Assembly (NCBI GenBank): GCA_950097015.1 | Contig: CATNEN010000039.1 | Span: 7,440,001-7,504,000 of the forward strand | Length of the DNA: 64,000 nucleotides | Origin: Macrostomum hystrix | Lineage: Eukaryota; Animalia; Platyhelminthes | Reading direction: 5' to 3' | In this document: positions 26,420 through 40,467 of the stretch, piece after piece | Layout of the letters: the number at the start of each line of letters is the position of its first letter | Position numbering within the stretch: the stretch's first letter is position 1 | Notes under the pieces: generated by a model | Database searches by the model: none | The model's input: only the letters and a program-made list of their open reading frames with translations | What the model was told of the DNA's origin: nothing | Made by a program: the position numbers and the translations under genes

Positions 26420-27765
26420 TCAGCTGAACATGGCGGATGCGTTTGTCAAGTTGTCAAAGTCGGAGCCCATCTTGACATTGCGCAAGGCCTGCCTCACATC
26501 GGTCAAGTTGGTGATGTACTCCAGCCTCTTGGCCCCATTGCTGTCCCAGCTTGGCCCGTTCTTCCTAACGTCGTGCACTGCAAACACCGGCTGTGATGCA
26601 TCAGTGATTGGGTCCAGGTTGGTCACATTCGTGCACAGCTGCGCCACATTTTTCACCCGTCTCAGACGCCTGATGGCGGGATCCTTGCTCTTGAAGATCC
26701 TCCTGCAGCTGGCTTCCAGGGAGCCTTTGCGAAAATGGAAGAAATCCGGCGAGCACGAGTAAAGCGAGTTGTTCTGGTACGGATAGAAGCTGAATGATGG
26801 TGGTATGTACACCGTTGTCATGGAGCTTCGGGTCAGGGGCCTCAATGACTCGTACTCCTCAATCATTCTGGTCAGGCCGAAGGGTCCGGCAAAGCCGAGC
26901 ACATCGCCTTGGGTGTCTGTTACAGCCAGGCGCTCTAGTACAAAATGGTAGAATGTGTGGCCCGGCGCCGACATAAGGAAGGCCGGATTGGCCAGGGGTC
27001 TGATTGGCCAGACCAGGCCGAGGAGCGCCAGAGAGTGCGCCTCCGGCTCGCGAGTCACCAGGGCGTGGAAGCGTCGAAATTGGTCCAGACTTTGAGTCAC
27101 ACTGTAGTCCAAATCCGCATATGTGCCGCCAAACTAAATATGACAGGTTGTGTTAAAATTGTTAATTTCATGAAGTCAATGAGGTCGTGCATAATCAAAT
27201 CTCAACACATCAGCCCTGAAGTCCGGGTGCAAACCTTGAGCAGCAGCATGTAGCGAATCATGTCGACTCGCATTATTTGCGAATTCAGCGACTTGAACTT
27301 CTCCAACAGGGCTGGGTAGTTTCTGGCTACGAACGGCTCGAGGTCCTTGTCGCGCCACAGCACGTACGTCCAGTCGGGATGAACCTTCTGCCAGGTGCGC
27401 AACTGCTGCGCAAAATAGAGAGAGACTGACTCGTTGCGCCACAGGAGATGTCGAATCTTCGGGATTGGGAAGACGTCAGGCCTATGCAGCTGCTCCTCAT
27501 ATTGCCGTCTACAGGTCTCATCTATGCAGACGGACGGCAGCGGTGTTCGCGACGTCACATTCCAGCTGGTCCACGTCTGCCGCTGCGCATCTGAGTAGCC
27601 GTCGATCACGTCGAACAGAGTGGCAACGATTACCAGCTTGGCCTTTTTAATCGGTGTGCTGGCTACAGTTGCCAAATAGACTATTATGACGTAGCCGAGG
27701 AGAAGCAGAAAAATCAGGGCAGCGAGGCTTCGCAGCTTTGTGCACAGAAAACTTTTTAAATTCAT
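26420..27765 (-). CDS. Glycosyltransferase family 32 (DXD sugar-binding, Och1/Sur1-like) type II membrane protein; exons 27765-27235, 27133-26420 (about 414 aa)
   Basis: N-terminal TM anchor, then IPKIRHLLW...WQKVHPDWTYVLW...RVDMIRYMLLLK|FGGTYADLDY (GG.Y.DxD motif), followed by FLMSAPGH and AGPFGLT motifs typical of GT32. Phase-0 GT-AG intron of 101 bp. Confidence 0.88.
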
Positions 27766-28197
27766 GCTTATAGATTCGATCTGACAATGCCGACACTCCT
27801 CGCATTTATATCTAGTAGGCATGACGTGCGGCCGTGCAATCACGAACGCATATATCAGGCGGCTGGTGTGTGCTTAATTGTGCCACGTTGAGCCATTTTC
27901 GAACACCCAGAAAATTCCAACCTATTCTAAGCCAACGTGTCGTGTTCCTGAAATCCAAGTGAATTGTATCATTTTGAAGGGGTTTTTAGGGGTATACCAA
28001 TCGAGGCTTATTGTTGCACGCTTCAAATGTCTATCGTAAAACTTCTCAAAGGAATATATTTTCTTTTTTATTACATAACGTAGCACACAAAAATACAAAC
28101 AGTAGCAAATGTACTTTTCAACATAAGCGTGTACTGAATCAGAGCAAAACTACAAGTTTTAAAGTTTCAATTAAATTGTTATTATATTAAATTCAAC

Positions 28198-28562
28198 TCA
28201 CTGACGATTATTGGCGTGAACATGGAACTGGCAATTGTGAAATGTACCAGAAATAGCAGTTGCTAGATTCTGTTGCGGTTCCATTCGGGATGTAGGCTGC
28301 TGAGCATCCCTCGCTGACACCATACTGACGGATTGGGCGGCTGTTATAAGAGGATCATCACTAGCAGTATCCGTAGCAGTGATTTTGGGTACTCCAATTG
28401 AACTAATTGTCGAAGACAACGCAGCCATTGCAGCATCGCGCTTTCTGCCGTGACGAATATATCGTTCCACGGATCCTTCACTTTTGTGTCCCGTAACAGC
28501 TCAAGTATCCCGCAGGGGAACTTTTGCCGCGTTTAACTCAGTGACGAGCGTAACTCGAAGAC
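28198..28562 (-). pseudogene. 3' fragment of Crypton-type tyrosine recombinase B (5'-truncated, internal stop)
   Basis: Minus-strand translation LRVTLVTELNAAKVPLRDT*AVTGHKSEGSVERYIR...ISGTFHNCQFHVH carries the catalytic R, the TGH motif and the Tyr, plus the F.NC.F tail of DUF3504/Crypton proteins. AATAAA lies downstream at 28072-28067. Confidence 0.75.
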
Positions 28563-28569
28563 CACCACT

Positions 28570-29164
28570 TCCAACTAAGAACCAATCGAGTGACCCAGCC
28601 AAGTGTAAAGACGACAGAACGAAGCAGGCGCGCATCTATGGAGAGCATCGTGAACTGATTGCTCTGTATGAGAGGTCTTTACCTACAGGGGTGAAAAACG
28701 GCAGCTTTTTTCCGAAGCCTCTTTTGAACGATTCAGAAGGCAGGCCCCGTTTTTCTATGAATCAGGTGCGCGGAGTCAACTGGCTGGCGAATTTTATGCA
28801 GAGGGTGAGTCGTCTATGCAACTTGAGTAAAGTGTATAGTAATCACTGCATTCGCGTTACAAGGATCGCTGACTTGCGCGATAATGGTCATTCTTTGAAC
28901 GATATTATGACTATTACTGGCCAAAAGTCTGACAGGACTGTACGCCGCTACTTGTCTAGGCAGCGTGAACGCACTGTCCGGAATGTGTCCATGACAGTCA
29001 GCAGGGCTCTTAAGCGGAAGGGCGAAGCGGAGACTGCGATCTCTACACTAACGAGTGTGTCAGCTGATGCTACACATGGACAGAAGGATGATATGTTCGA
29101 TAGGACACCGAGCATGTTTGCCGGTTGCTCATTCCAGCACTGCACTATTAACTTTACGAAGTGA
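28570..29164 (+). mobile_element. 3' half of Crypton-type tyrosine recombinase A (DUF3504, KCTD1/ZMYM/QRICH1-related), 5'-truncated
   Basis: TKNQ...FFPKP...FSMNQVRGVNWLANFMQRVSRLCNLSKVYSNHCIRVT...IMTITGQKSDRTVRRY...FAGCSFQHCTINF carries the K, HxxR, TG(H>Q) and Y motifs. There is no ATG or first catalytic Arg. AATAAA at 29259-29264. Confidence 0.85.
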
Positions 29165-29627
29165 TGCTCTAATTGTCATCCTTAGGATTGCAATATGGCT
29201 AGACACTTTGTTTTATTGTTTATTATCATGTTTTCAAGTTGTCTCGCTATAAAGTTATAATAAATATAACACAGCATATGAAAAAATGGTCTATGGTCAA
29301 AAAGTTTTTGTTCAGCGCTAAGGAATGACAAAATAGTGCGTGTCATTATAATACTCTTGCGTATATGTACAATGCATTCGTGCACTCATAGCCGTTCATT
29401 ACTTATACATTGGCTAATTTGGAAAGGAGCTAGTCGTTTAAACTATTGGGGTTTAAACACCCCACAGAAAGAAACAAAATAGAAACTATGTCTATGGCTC
29501 AAACTGTCATTAACACCCGAAGCGGACTATCGCATCAATCAAATATAATTAGTCGAAGTAACGAATTTTACTATACATTACCATTTCGCACGAGAAACTT
29601 CCATAACTACGCCAAACATTTCGTTGA

Positions 29628-31352
29628 ATGGAGCCCGAGCGGTCGACCACGCCACTGACAGCTGCCCGGCTTGATGCGTCAAGCTTCATCGAGTTTTCGT
29701 CTGGCACAGATTCTGAACTAAACTTTGACGACAAGCCACCTATCGCCACTGACGGCGACTGTTCCGCGAGTGAGAGTACTTCATCTTCCTTGTCATCGTC
29801 AAAGTCGGAAATCTGTGTTGAAGAGGACGACACTGCTGATAGCACAGACAGTGAAGACCGCAACTTGCGGGGCCTGCTGCTTAGAGCGCGGGCCGCCCTG
29901 CAGCGCCTTCGCGACTGCGACAACTCCAGCAGCGGCGCTGTCGGCGACTTGAGAGCCGCCCTCGAGTTAGTGGACACCTGGCTGTCGGAGGCTGAATACA
30001 GCCATGATCGGGTGTGTTAATGGAAGGTGAAATATACACTCTCACAGGGTGTAAATCTGTTCAGAACTTTTAACCGTACAAGAAGTCCACATTCTTAAAG
30101 TGCATTGGGGGCGCCGTTCTTTGCGTGGCTGCACACCCAAATTTATGTGTCCTTATCGCTGCGGAATCGAGCTCTGGGACCTTGGAGCAAGAGGTGAACC
30201 CGTTAAACCGCTTACCGCTGTTACTCAACCCCTCTAGCCAAGGGTAAACAGGTCTTGGTCCTTAAGCAATGCACTTGATTGCCCATTGTTTCAGCTTGCC
30301 CAGCTGGAAGTTTGGGTGGGGTGTGGCGGTCCTCAGTCCATGGACGGTGGAACAGATGGAACGCAGCTGTACTGTATATCTTTAAAACCGTCAATTCAGA
30401 CGAGCTTTCAGCTCAGCAGCGATGAAAAATCCAAAACAGAAGAATCGAGCCTTATCAGAACTTGGACTCCGACTGCGACATCACCATCGACCATCTCAGT
30501 CCGCAGTCAGGAGCAGTTGCTAGGGGACACCGGCTCCTCCGTGTCCAGCCTGCGATCATCGTCCAGCCTTATTCCAAATGAGCTTCTGCACCGCTTGAGC
30601 AGCTACCTGCTGCGTGCCGTCGGAGATGGCCCCAGCGGCGAACGTCTCGAAGCTGCTAATGCCCAGGTGATTTGCGAAACAGCTGGAAAATCAAGTTTTC
30701 TCGATTCAAATTTTTTTTCGCACATGCTTCTCGTCCTTCCATCCGCTAGCCAACTCAGCCTCAGAGACCGGCCTCTGCCAGGTGCCACCAGCATTCTTCA
30801 CTGCACCGATGCCTTCTGGCCACGCCAACATCGGCCGCGATCTCCGACCGGCTGCTCCGGGGTCGAGGCCTCTTAAAGACCAGCTCGGCTACCTCGATAC
30901 CGGCTGGGAATTTTTTCACCATCGGGCGGCAGCAGCAGAAGAAAAAGCTGCAGTGGCAGCCACAGCACCAGCAAACCTTTGTCAACAGCTGTCAACAGCA
31001 GCGGGAGCAGCAGCAGCGGCAGCAGCGGCCGAGGTGGCCAAGCGCGCTGCAGAAGCCGAAAGGTCCCGTGATACAGCGGACGTTGTTTAGCTCATTTAAA
31101 AGTCCGACAGCTGAGCAGAACTCGCTGACAATGCTTTGCAGCCGGCTGCCGATGACCGCCTCCTCGACGGCGTCGAGATCAAAGCCGAGACACCCGTCGA
31201 AGAAGCGTCGACCGACAACGCGAGTGATGGCGATTGTGACTCGCGACTCTGCCGGCCGAGCTGTCAGCAGCGACGCTTGGTCGCAGGCGGGCATTCTCGA
31301 CGGCTTTGGCAACGCCAGCGACTGCATCGAGCAGATGCGGCCACTGCTTTAG
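29628..31352 (+). CDS. Uncharacterised Ser/acidic-rich protein; tentative exons 29628-30011, 30400-30666, 30782-31062, 31142-31352 (about 380 aa)
   Basis: GC-rich coding-like blocks joined by in-phase GT-AG introns (1143 nt). No recognisable domain; the last junction is uncertain. Confidence 0.55.
30032..30220 (-). mobile_element. Diverged tRNA-derived SINE copy in intron 1 of the uncharacterised gene
   Basis: CGGAATCGAGCTCTGGGACCTTGGAGCAAGAGGTGAACCCGTTAAACCGC matches the SINE head at 58040-58090. Confidence 0.7.
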
Positions 31353-31824
31353 CCGTGCAATGAAAATACTGGCAGTAATGGTCCTCAGTTTTAGTAGCAA
31401 CTCAAATTCACTGAAGATCCGCATGTAGCAATTTTTATGCATCAGTTTCTGCTTCTTATTAGCATCGGTGTAAAGCTAAGATTATAAAATGTTTTCTTTT
31501 TCTTCAAGCATATACTATACATTTTAGTTTTTTTCAAACGAAAGTATTTCTTCAAGTATTTTGCTGTTCGAGATCTAAATCAAAGCTAAGGCAAATCAAA
31601 TATTAACGTTTTTACCTAGCAGCTTGCGTTAGTCTTAAGAATTCAGAAATCATAACAAAAACTTACAGGTAAACATAAAAAGCTAACTAATGAATTGCTG
31701 CAACCAAGGATTTCGCGACTTCAGCAATCTTCTCCCTAAACACATTGCATACTGAGAGTTTTCTCTTGCAATGGACTGGCTTTTATTCATGGTTTCACCA
31801 CGTCTATATAATCAACCAATAGGA

Positions 31825-32930
31825 TCTGTTCTGTTCTCTCCAGTGTCTCATCTCATCCGTGTCCGTTCTCTCCCATATGTCTCATCTCATCCGTGTCTGT
31901 TCTCTCCCGTGTCTCATCTCATCCGTGTCCGTTCTCTCCCATATGTCTCATCTCATCCGTGTCCGTTCTCTCCCATATGTCTCATCTCATCCGTGTCTGT
32001 TCTCTCCCATGTCTCATCTCATCCGTGTCTGTTCTCTCCCATGTCTCATCTCATCCGTGTCCGTTCTCTCCCCTGTCTCATCTCATCCGTATCTCATCTC
32101 ATCTGTGTCTCATCTCATCTGTCTCATCTCATCCGTGTCTGTTCTCTCCCATGTCTCATCTCATCCATGTCCGTTCTCTCCCCTGTCTCATCTCATCCGT
32201 GTCCGTTCTCTCCCCTGTCTCATCTCATCCGTATCTCATCTCATCTGTGTCTCATCTCATCTGTCTCATCTCATCCGTGTCCGTTCTCTCCCCTGTCTCA
32301 TCTCATCCGTATCTCATCTCATCTGTGTCTCATCTCATCTGTCTCATCTCATCCGTGTCTGTTCTCTCCCATGTCTCATCTCATCCGTGTCCGTTCTCTC
32401 CCATATGTCTCATCTCATCCGTGTCTGTTCTCTCCCATGTCTCATCTCATCCATGTCCGTTCTCTCCCCTGTCTCATCTCATCCGTGTCCGTTCTCTCCC
32501 CTGTCTCATCTCATCCGTATCTCATCTCATCTGTGTCTCATCTCATCTGTCTCATCTCATCCGTGTCCGTTCTCTCCCCTGTCTCATCTAATGTGTCTCA
32601 TCTCATCTGTCTCATCTCATCCGTGTCCATTCTCTCCCGTGTCTCATTTCATCCATGTCTCATCTCATCTGTGTCTAATCTCATCCTTGACCGTTCTCTC
32701 CCGTGTCTCATCTCATCTGTGTCCGTTGTGTCCCGTGTCTCATCTGTGTCTAATCTCATCCGCGTCCGTTCTCTCTCGTGTCTCATCTCATCCGTGTTCG
32801 TTCTCTCCCGTATCTCATCCCATCCGTGTTTTATCCCTCCCGTGTCCTATCACATCTGTGTCTCATCTCATTCATGTCCGTTGTGTCCCGTGTCTCATCT
32901 GTCTTATCTCCCCATGTCTCATTAATTCGA
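31825..32930. repeat. Complex pyrimidine-rich minisatellite (TGTCTCATCTCATCCGTGTCCGTTCTCTCCC variants)
   Basis: Directly visible, compound units. Confidence 0.95.
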
Positions 32931-34316
32931 GTCATCTTTCCACGCACTGAATTATCGCTATTTCATGTCTTTCTTATCATATTTCTCATGTCTAGATACA
33001 AGTAGATATGCTTGAAAAGCCAGAGAATTTGTTTGCTTTCTAACTATTCCCGATATTAAAATCTATCTAGCTACTTCTAGTAGTGTGAAAAAAATCGAAC
33101 TCACGGTCATATTTTTCTCACTTATACTTTAGTCATGTTAATCAATTTCATTGAGTAAGCCTTATTCTAGTTACCAATAATACCTTGTGAGTTGTATCAC
33201 CTGTGTTCATCATGTCTACAACAAGTCAAAAATGATGTTTTTTAACAAGATTATTTCCAAAATAACTTTTTCATTTAACTTTTTAATCGTGACAACAAGC
33301 AACAGAAGCAGGCAGAAGCTTTTGCTCAGTAAGCTTTCGCATCCCGGATTGCATTTATTTTTTCCTATTTTATTAACTTTAGCTATCATTGCTGTTTTTG
33401 TTAGTTAATTGTGCTAAAATGTCGTACTAGAAAAATTTCTGCTTCATTAACAACGGGTTGGCAGCAGAGTAGCGTTAATTACTAGAGCCCCTAAGCATTT
33501 AGTTAAGGTACAAGGCTTTGATAATTAGCAAACAACAATGCGGAGACATTGTTAAATGGGAAAACGGACACCATTAAAGACTGAAACAGGTGATAGATAG
33601 TCATGACGACAATGATGCTGGTTTAGAAGTTGAAGTGAATTTTTAGATTAGATTTTCCCATCAACCCCAATAAGCCTTAGATTGACAATAGCCTTAGTTG
33701 TCGAGTACAATAATCATTTTAGTAAATTTGGTGACGGACATTGTCGATTGAAATAACCAGGGAATGTTTGGTGGTTTTTAATTAAACGATTTGGGTTAAT
33801 AATTTTGTTTACGTAGCGCAAATACTTACGGTAATAAAAAACAACAGATTTAAACACCCTGTAACCGATACGAAAACTAATATTATAGGCTGTAGCTTTT
33901 TATAAGGATTTTGTGCTTTAAAAAAGTAAAAAGAAAAAAACACCAGATTTGCTGAAACTAAAAGAGATGGCTTTGGGGAGATAGGCGGTCAAATTAGAGC
34001 ATTGTCTAGTGCAGAATAAGCAATGGCCAATCAGTATAGAAAAACAACAAGACAAGGAACTGCGCAGCACAACACACAGGAGACACAATAGCTAGGAGAC
34101 TAAAGCTTCTACGAAGGAAATAAATCAGAGAATAGTTACTTAGGATGAACTTACTCCAAATAATAATTCTAATAATAGATTTGAAAGGGATTAACATTGA
34201 TTGCAAATAGTTCAGTATAATTAAACCAACTATATATATGCCACAGTCAAACCGTCAGTTTCCCTAACTCTCGATAATTCCGATCGTCCCTTAGCTACTC
34301 AGCGGAGTCCATCCGT

Positions 34317-35564
<1,248 letters not shown>

Positions 35565-37002
35565 TTAACATTTCTTATTGCTGAACACTTGCTAGTGGAA
35601 TACTTTTTACAGTAGTTTTTATACCAAAAAGATATTTAGCCTGGTGAGTTTTGTAAAGTGAAAGTAAACATTTGCTAAATTTAGCAATGTTAGCATAACA
35701 TTTGGCAAAAATTTGGCATAAAGCGTCGTGATATTTTCCACTTGAAGTAATGAAGTATTCAGAAAGCCTTAGGACTATTTTTATGCTTGGCATAATTTGG
35801 ATTAAAATAAAGAATGCATGCCAAATCCTTTCCAACATATGGCCTAAATTATCCAGACTATGGAATTGTCATTGACAATAGGAAGAAGTAGGCCAAAATT
35901 GTGACACACAAGTTGATTCTCAAATAGATTATCAACTTTGTTATTAAATGAAACCTTGTGTTGCTCTGTTTGACTATGAAGTACTTAATGAAACATTTAC
36001 ACTCTCATAATTTACTATATCAGGACTAAGCTAAGCTAAGGGGAAATGTGTAATATTCTATTATAATTTACACACTTAGCATTCCCTTGCATCCAAAACA
36101 TTGTAATGATTTTTCACTTATGCATCTAGACTTAGTAGTTCAATTCTTTGCAGCAAAAAATAATAATGCTCTAGCAAATAATTTAATAGGGATATAGTCT
36201 AGCAGGGGTATATAAATTTTACAAAATAATTGGATTGAATAAGTTTTTAAATAGGTTTCTTAAAATATAAATATTGAAGTGAATTTTAATAATATATAGT
36301 AATTAAAGTTGAGTTTTGTGTGGTCATTTTTGTTATCTGTTTTTTTTGTTACAAAATAAAAGATCATAGGCCCCCTATTAATTGGTTTAATATGTGCATG
36401 CCAGAAAAGCTTGTACAAATCTGTTTGGTGGTGCTCTTTGCAAGTATGAGAATGAGGTCATCAAATCAAATGCTTTATGCAAATTATGTTATACATTGTA
36501 CTCTCTAGCTAACTATCTAGCTACCTAACTTACCCTTCATATTTATGATTTAATAAGTGGTCTCCTATAGTCTGGAAAGTAGACTGTATGCCAAGCTAGT
36601 TTGGTATATATTTGGGTCTTTATACATTTAAACAACTAAATATAGTTGACATACAAACCAGTATACACTTTAGCACAATTTTTGGGAGTAGGTGTACCAG
36701 GAGTAGTTCTTCGTATACAATCAAAGAATTGGAATTTTTGTCTGGCAGGGTGTCAGTGTACTCAAAACAAAGAACATAAAAATCCTTTCAAATTAGTCAA
36801 AGAACTAAAAAGTATACTGATATTCTATCTGCACACTGGCATGTATAGAGGCATGATAGCAAGGTGTTTAATTTATTCTCAGGTTAGTTAAGGCCAAGTT
36901 GACCAACTTATTTGCTCATGAATTACACTTGCCCATAAATAATTCAACTTGTCTGTTGGCAGACTAGATGGTGGGATGAAGAGACCTGAACCCACTAGCT
37001 TG

Positions 37003-37278
37003 CATGCATACGCAACACCTGGCTGACCTGGCCAGTCGCAAAAACCAATCGACCAAGTGCAAAAAAATCAAAGGGGGGACCAAGGGACAAAAAAGGAAGG
37101 CATGAAGAAAAGGAAAAAGGGGAGAGAAAAAGAGAGCAAATGAGAGCAAAATAATGAGAGCAAGTCATATATAGAGCAATGAAATGAACTAAGTCGCAAA
37201 TGAGAGCAAACTAAGTCGTAAATAGAGCAAAAACTAAGTCACATGGCCGGCTAAGATTTGGGAGGTTGCACATGTATG
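37003..37278 (-). mobile_element. hAT-type MITE, copy 2
   Basis: TIRs CATGCATACGCAAC / GTTGCACATGTATG; 8-bp TSD CTAGCTTG at 36995-37002 and 37279-37286; reverse-complement homolog of 11868-12130. Confidence 0.9.
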
Positions 37279-39507
37279 CTAGCTTGTTACTAAACTAAAA
37301 ATGTAATCATAATTGCTAATGCAGTTAATTATTGTACAATACATACAACAAAAGGTATAAAAAAATAAACTTCTTAAAGACAGTAAAATACTCTATATAC
37401 AGTAAACTCTAAACACAAGGCCCTATAGAGTATCTAGCCCCTTACAGTAAAGTATTCTGTATCTATAGGCTAAGAGCTACCATTACCATATTATTAGATC
37501 TTCTTAGCAAGCTGGCCCTGCAAAAATACAGTTTTGACCAATGTGGACTTTAAACAGAAAAATAAAAACTAAATATACAAAAAAGATATTTTCTTATTTT
37601 CTATTTAAATTTAATGATGCTCTGATTTTAACTAAATCAGTCTATTTATTATGGGTAGCTAAAAACTTGTAAAGTAAACTTCAGGACGAGGTTCTTAAAT
37701 GTTAAAGTAAAAAGCCATAACACATGAATTTCTAAGTTATACTGCCATACATGCAATTAGTTTCACATTTGTATCTTCTGCATTCTGTTAAACTTTAAGC
37801 ATACAAATACAAGTAAAACGAACAAACTATTTATTTTGTATAATAACTAAGCTTCTTAAAATAACAATAAAATAAAATAACAAATAACAAAGCATAAAAT
37901 AACAATAATATATATATAAATTAGCTATGTAGCATGCATATCGAAAAACGTAGTGCAAAGCCGCTGCCTGCCTAGACGAATTAATTGATTATGATTTTAA
38001 TTAATAAAAGAAAATGTGCTTTGTTGAAGGCTTTTAAATATGTGCGATATCACATCATATTTTCTACGTTTTGTAAATCATTTTAACACCGGAAATAACA
38101 AACTCGGAATATAATCAGGCCGTCGAAATTGCTGTGGAGCCTAATCAACTTTCGCATTTTTCTTTGGAGCACTGTAGCATTTTGAAGTATAAATCTTGTA
38201 GTTAATGATAAGAAACTTGTATTTTTTTGCAAAAATATAATCTATAACTCTATATTCACTAATCAAGCAACTAAACTAGGAGTCGAGTGACTGAGACGAG
38301 AGTGGATGAGAGGGAATCGACCGAGTAAATTACAACAAAATCTCAAATAAGTTCCTATCAGCTGATCCCAATTCTAATAGTTTATATATTAACCATAAAT
38401 TTCTTAGAAACTTTAGAAATTAAGCCTTAGAAAGTAAAAACAATTGGCGCAATTGGTAGTTTGCTGATGATATAAAACAGTAGGTGTCATTTCCATTAGT
38501 CTTAGGTGCGATGTAAAATATTCATTGGCACATCATATTTTTAACTGTAGCAAATTAATTTTCTATTTTTATGTATAATTGTCTGGTAGTACTCCTATAA
38601 ATCATGATATAATAATGTATGTAGAAGCAGTACACACACAAGTACATATTATGCAAAATATATACATTAACTAGCAAACGGGACGGTAAAATGTTAAAAC
38701 GGAGTTAGAATATTTTCTGTCATTACACAGTTCCTGCTGTTAACTGTATCGAACTTAACGCGCACCCTATAGCAGACGTGGCAACTATACTACTGCAGTT
38801 GGCCATATAAGTGTAAATAACTCAATTCGTAGTTTTGCTGCAAGCATCATTGTAAAGAATTAGCGACCAGTATATATATGTTTTACTTTTACATATATTG
38901 GCGCTCACAATTAATGGCGCATCATACAAGCGTATAGACTAAAATTATTATGCTTAATTATCGGGTATTGAGCAGCTGTAGTGCTCAACAATTGTCTAAC
39001 CCCTTCTATCGAGTATTTTTATCTTCTATTAAATAAAAAATTACAAAATAAATAATTTGTGTTGCTCTGCAGGGATTGCTGCTCAGCGAGCAGCAGCCTG
39101 AGTTCTAAAAGAAGCAATTAAATATATTTTTTATATTCTAACAGCGAAGTGCGGAACGGTCCGCATACTCTGTCTGGCGCAAATCTGCGTTCAGCTATAG
39201 TGTGCTCAACACTGCTCAAGATTATCATATACGCCGTGGCTCAAAATGAACGGTGTGTGGGTTGAGTGTAATTCTATTAACAAAAGCCTAGAATTACGCA
39301 TAAGCATTGTACTACCCATACATTATATAGACTGTATGCATCTAGATGCTTAAAAAATGGACTCTAAATGACGAATGAACTGACTGCTGTCACTCAAACT
39401 TCAATTATCAGCATGCTGCACTCAGACACTCCATTATTCTACGGGTGTGCATTCAGCAGTTTTGATTTTCGAATTCGGATGCAAATCTAATTCCGAATTA
39501 TTTACAT

Positions 39508-39935
39508 ACTCTCCGAATCCTCTCTGAATCCTCTCTGAATCCTCTCTGAATCCTCTCTGAATCCTCTCTGAATCCTCTCTGAATCCTCTCTGAATCCTCT
39601 CTGAATCCTCTCTGAATCCTCTCTGAATCCTCTCTGAATCCTCTCTGAATCCTCTCTGAATCCTCTCTGAATACTCTCCGAATCCTCTCTGAATCCTCTC
39701 TGAATCCTCTCTGAATACTCTCTGAATCCTCTCTGAATCCTCTCTGAATCCTCTCTGAATCCTCTCTGAATCCTCTCTGAATCCTCTCTGAATCCCAGAT
39801 CTTCTCTAAATCCCAGATCTTCTCAAAATCCCAGATCTTCTCAAAATCCCAGATCTTCTCTAAATCCCAGATCTTCTCTAAATCCCAGTTTCTTTCTAAA
39901 TCCCTGATCCTCCTTAAATACCAGATCATCTTTAA
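39508..39935. repeat. 11-bp (GAATCCTCTCT)n array followed by an 18-bp (AAATCCCAGATCTTCTCT)n array
   Basis: Directly visible. Confidence 0.95.
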
Positions 39936-40467
39936 ATCCAAGACTTGCCAGTTGTAGAGGATGAGTCATAATACATTCTGATAAAGTTAAGCAAGTCCCT
40001 CCAGCTGTCCGTCATGCAGATCGCAATGTATAATAGAAATACTTCCCAATGCTAGAGACCCACTCATACAAAGCATACAAAGAGTTGGCTTGTCTCTGGG
40101 TAAAAAAATGGCCTCTAAAAGACGCGTCGTCTTATTAGTGAAGCAGGTACACTTCACCAGTCTTAACCGCTCCACTCCACAATTCAAAGTCGTGTTTAGA
40201 CTACAACACACAAAACAGCTGCAAAATCAGGTTCAACTTCTGAGCCACACAACACACAATGGAGACAGGAAGCAAAATAATAGAAGGGATTTGCTTCATG
40301 CCAGCGGTGAGCCCTGCAAAACGTAAACGCTTGTAATCCCGCCCCAGCGAAGAGGTGAATGATTGAATGCCTCACTAAACTCATGATTAACTACTCACCT
40401 GAACAAACTGGGCTGGTAAATAATAAACGTTGAGCATTTTTAGGTTGTTGCGTCTGCTCTGCAAGGT

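Noticed and set aside
28484-28569. N-terminus of the 226-aa ORF as the start of an intact recombinase gene
   Set aside because: Non-ATG start; this stretch is the antisense of recombinase B, and the N-terminal half with the first catalytic Arg is missing.
31771-32950. Cys/His/Ser-rich 232-384-aa ORFs
   Set aside because: Low-complexity repeat translations in all three + frames.
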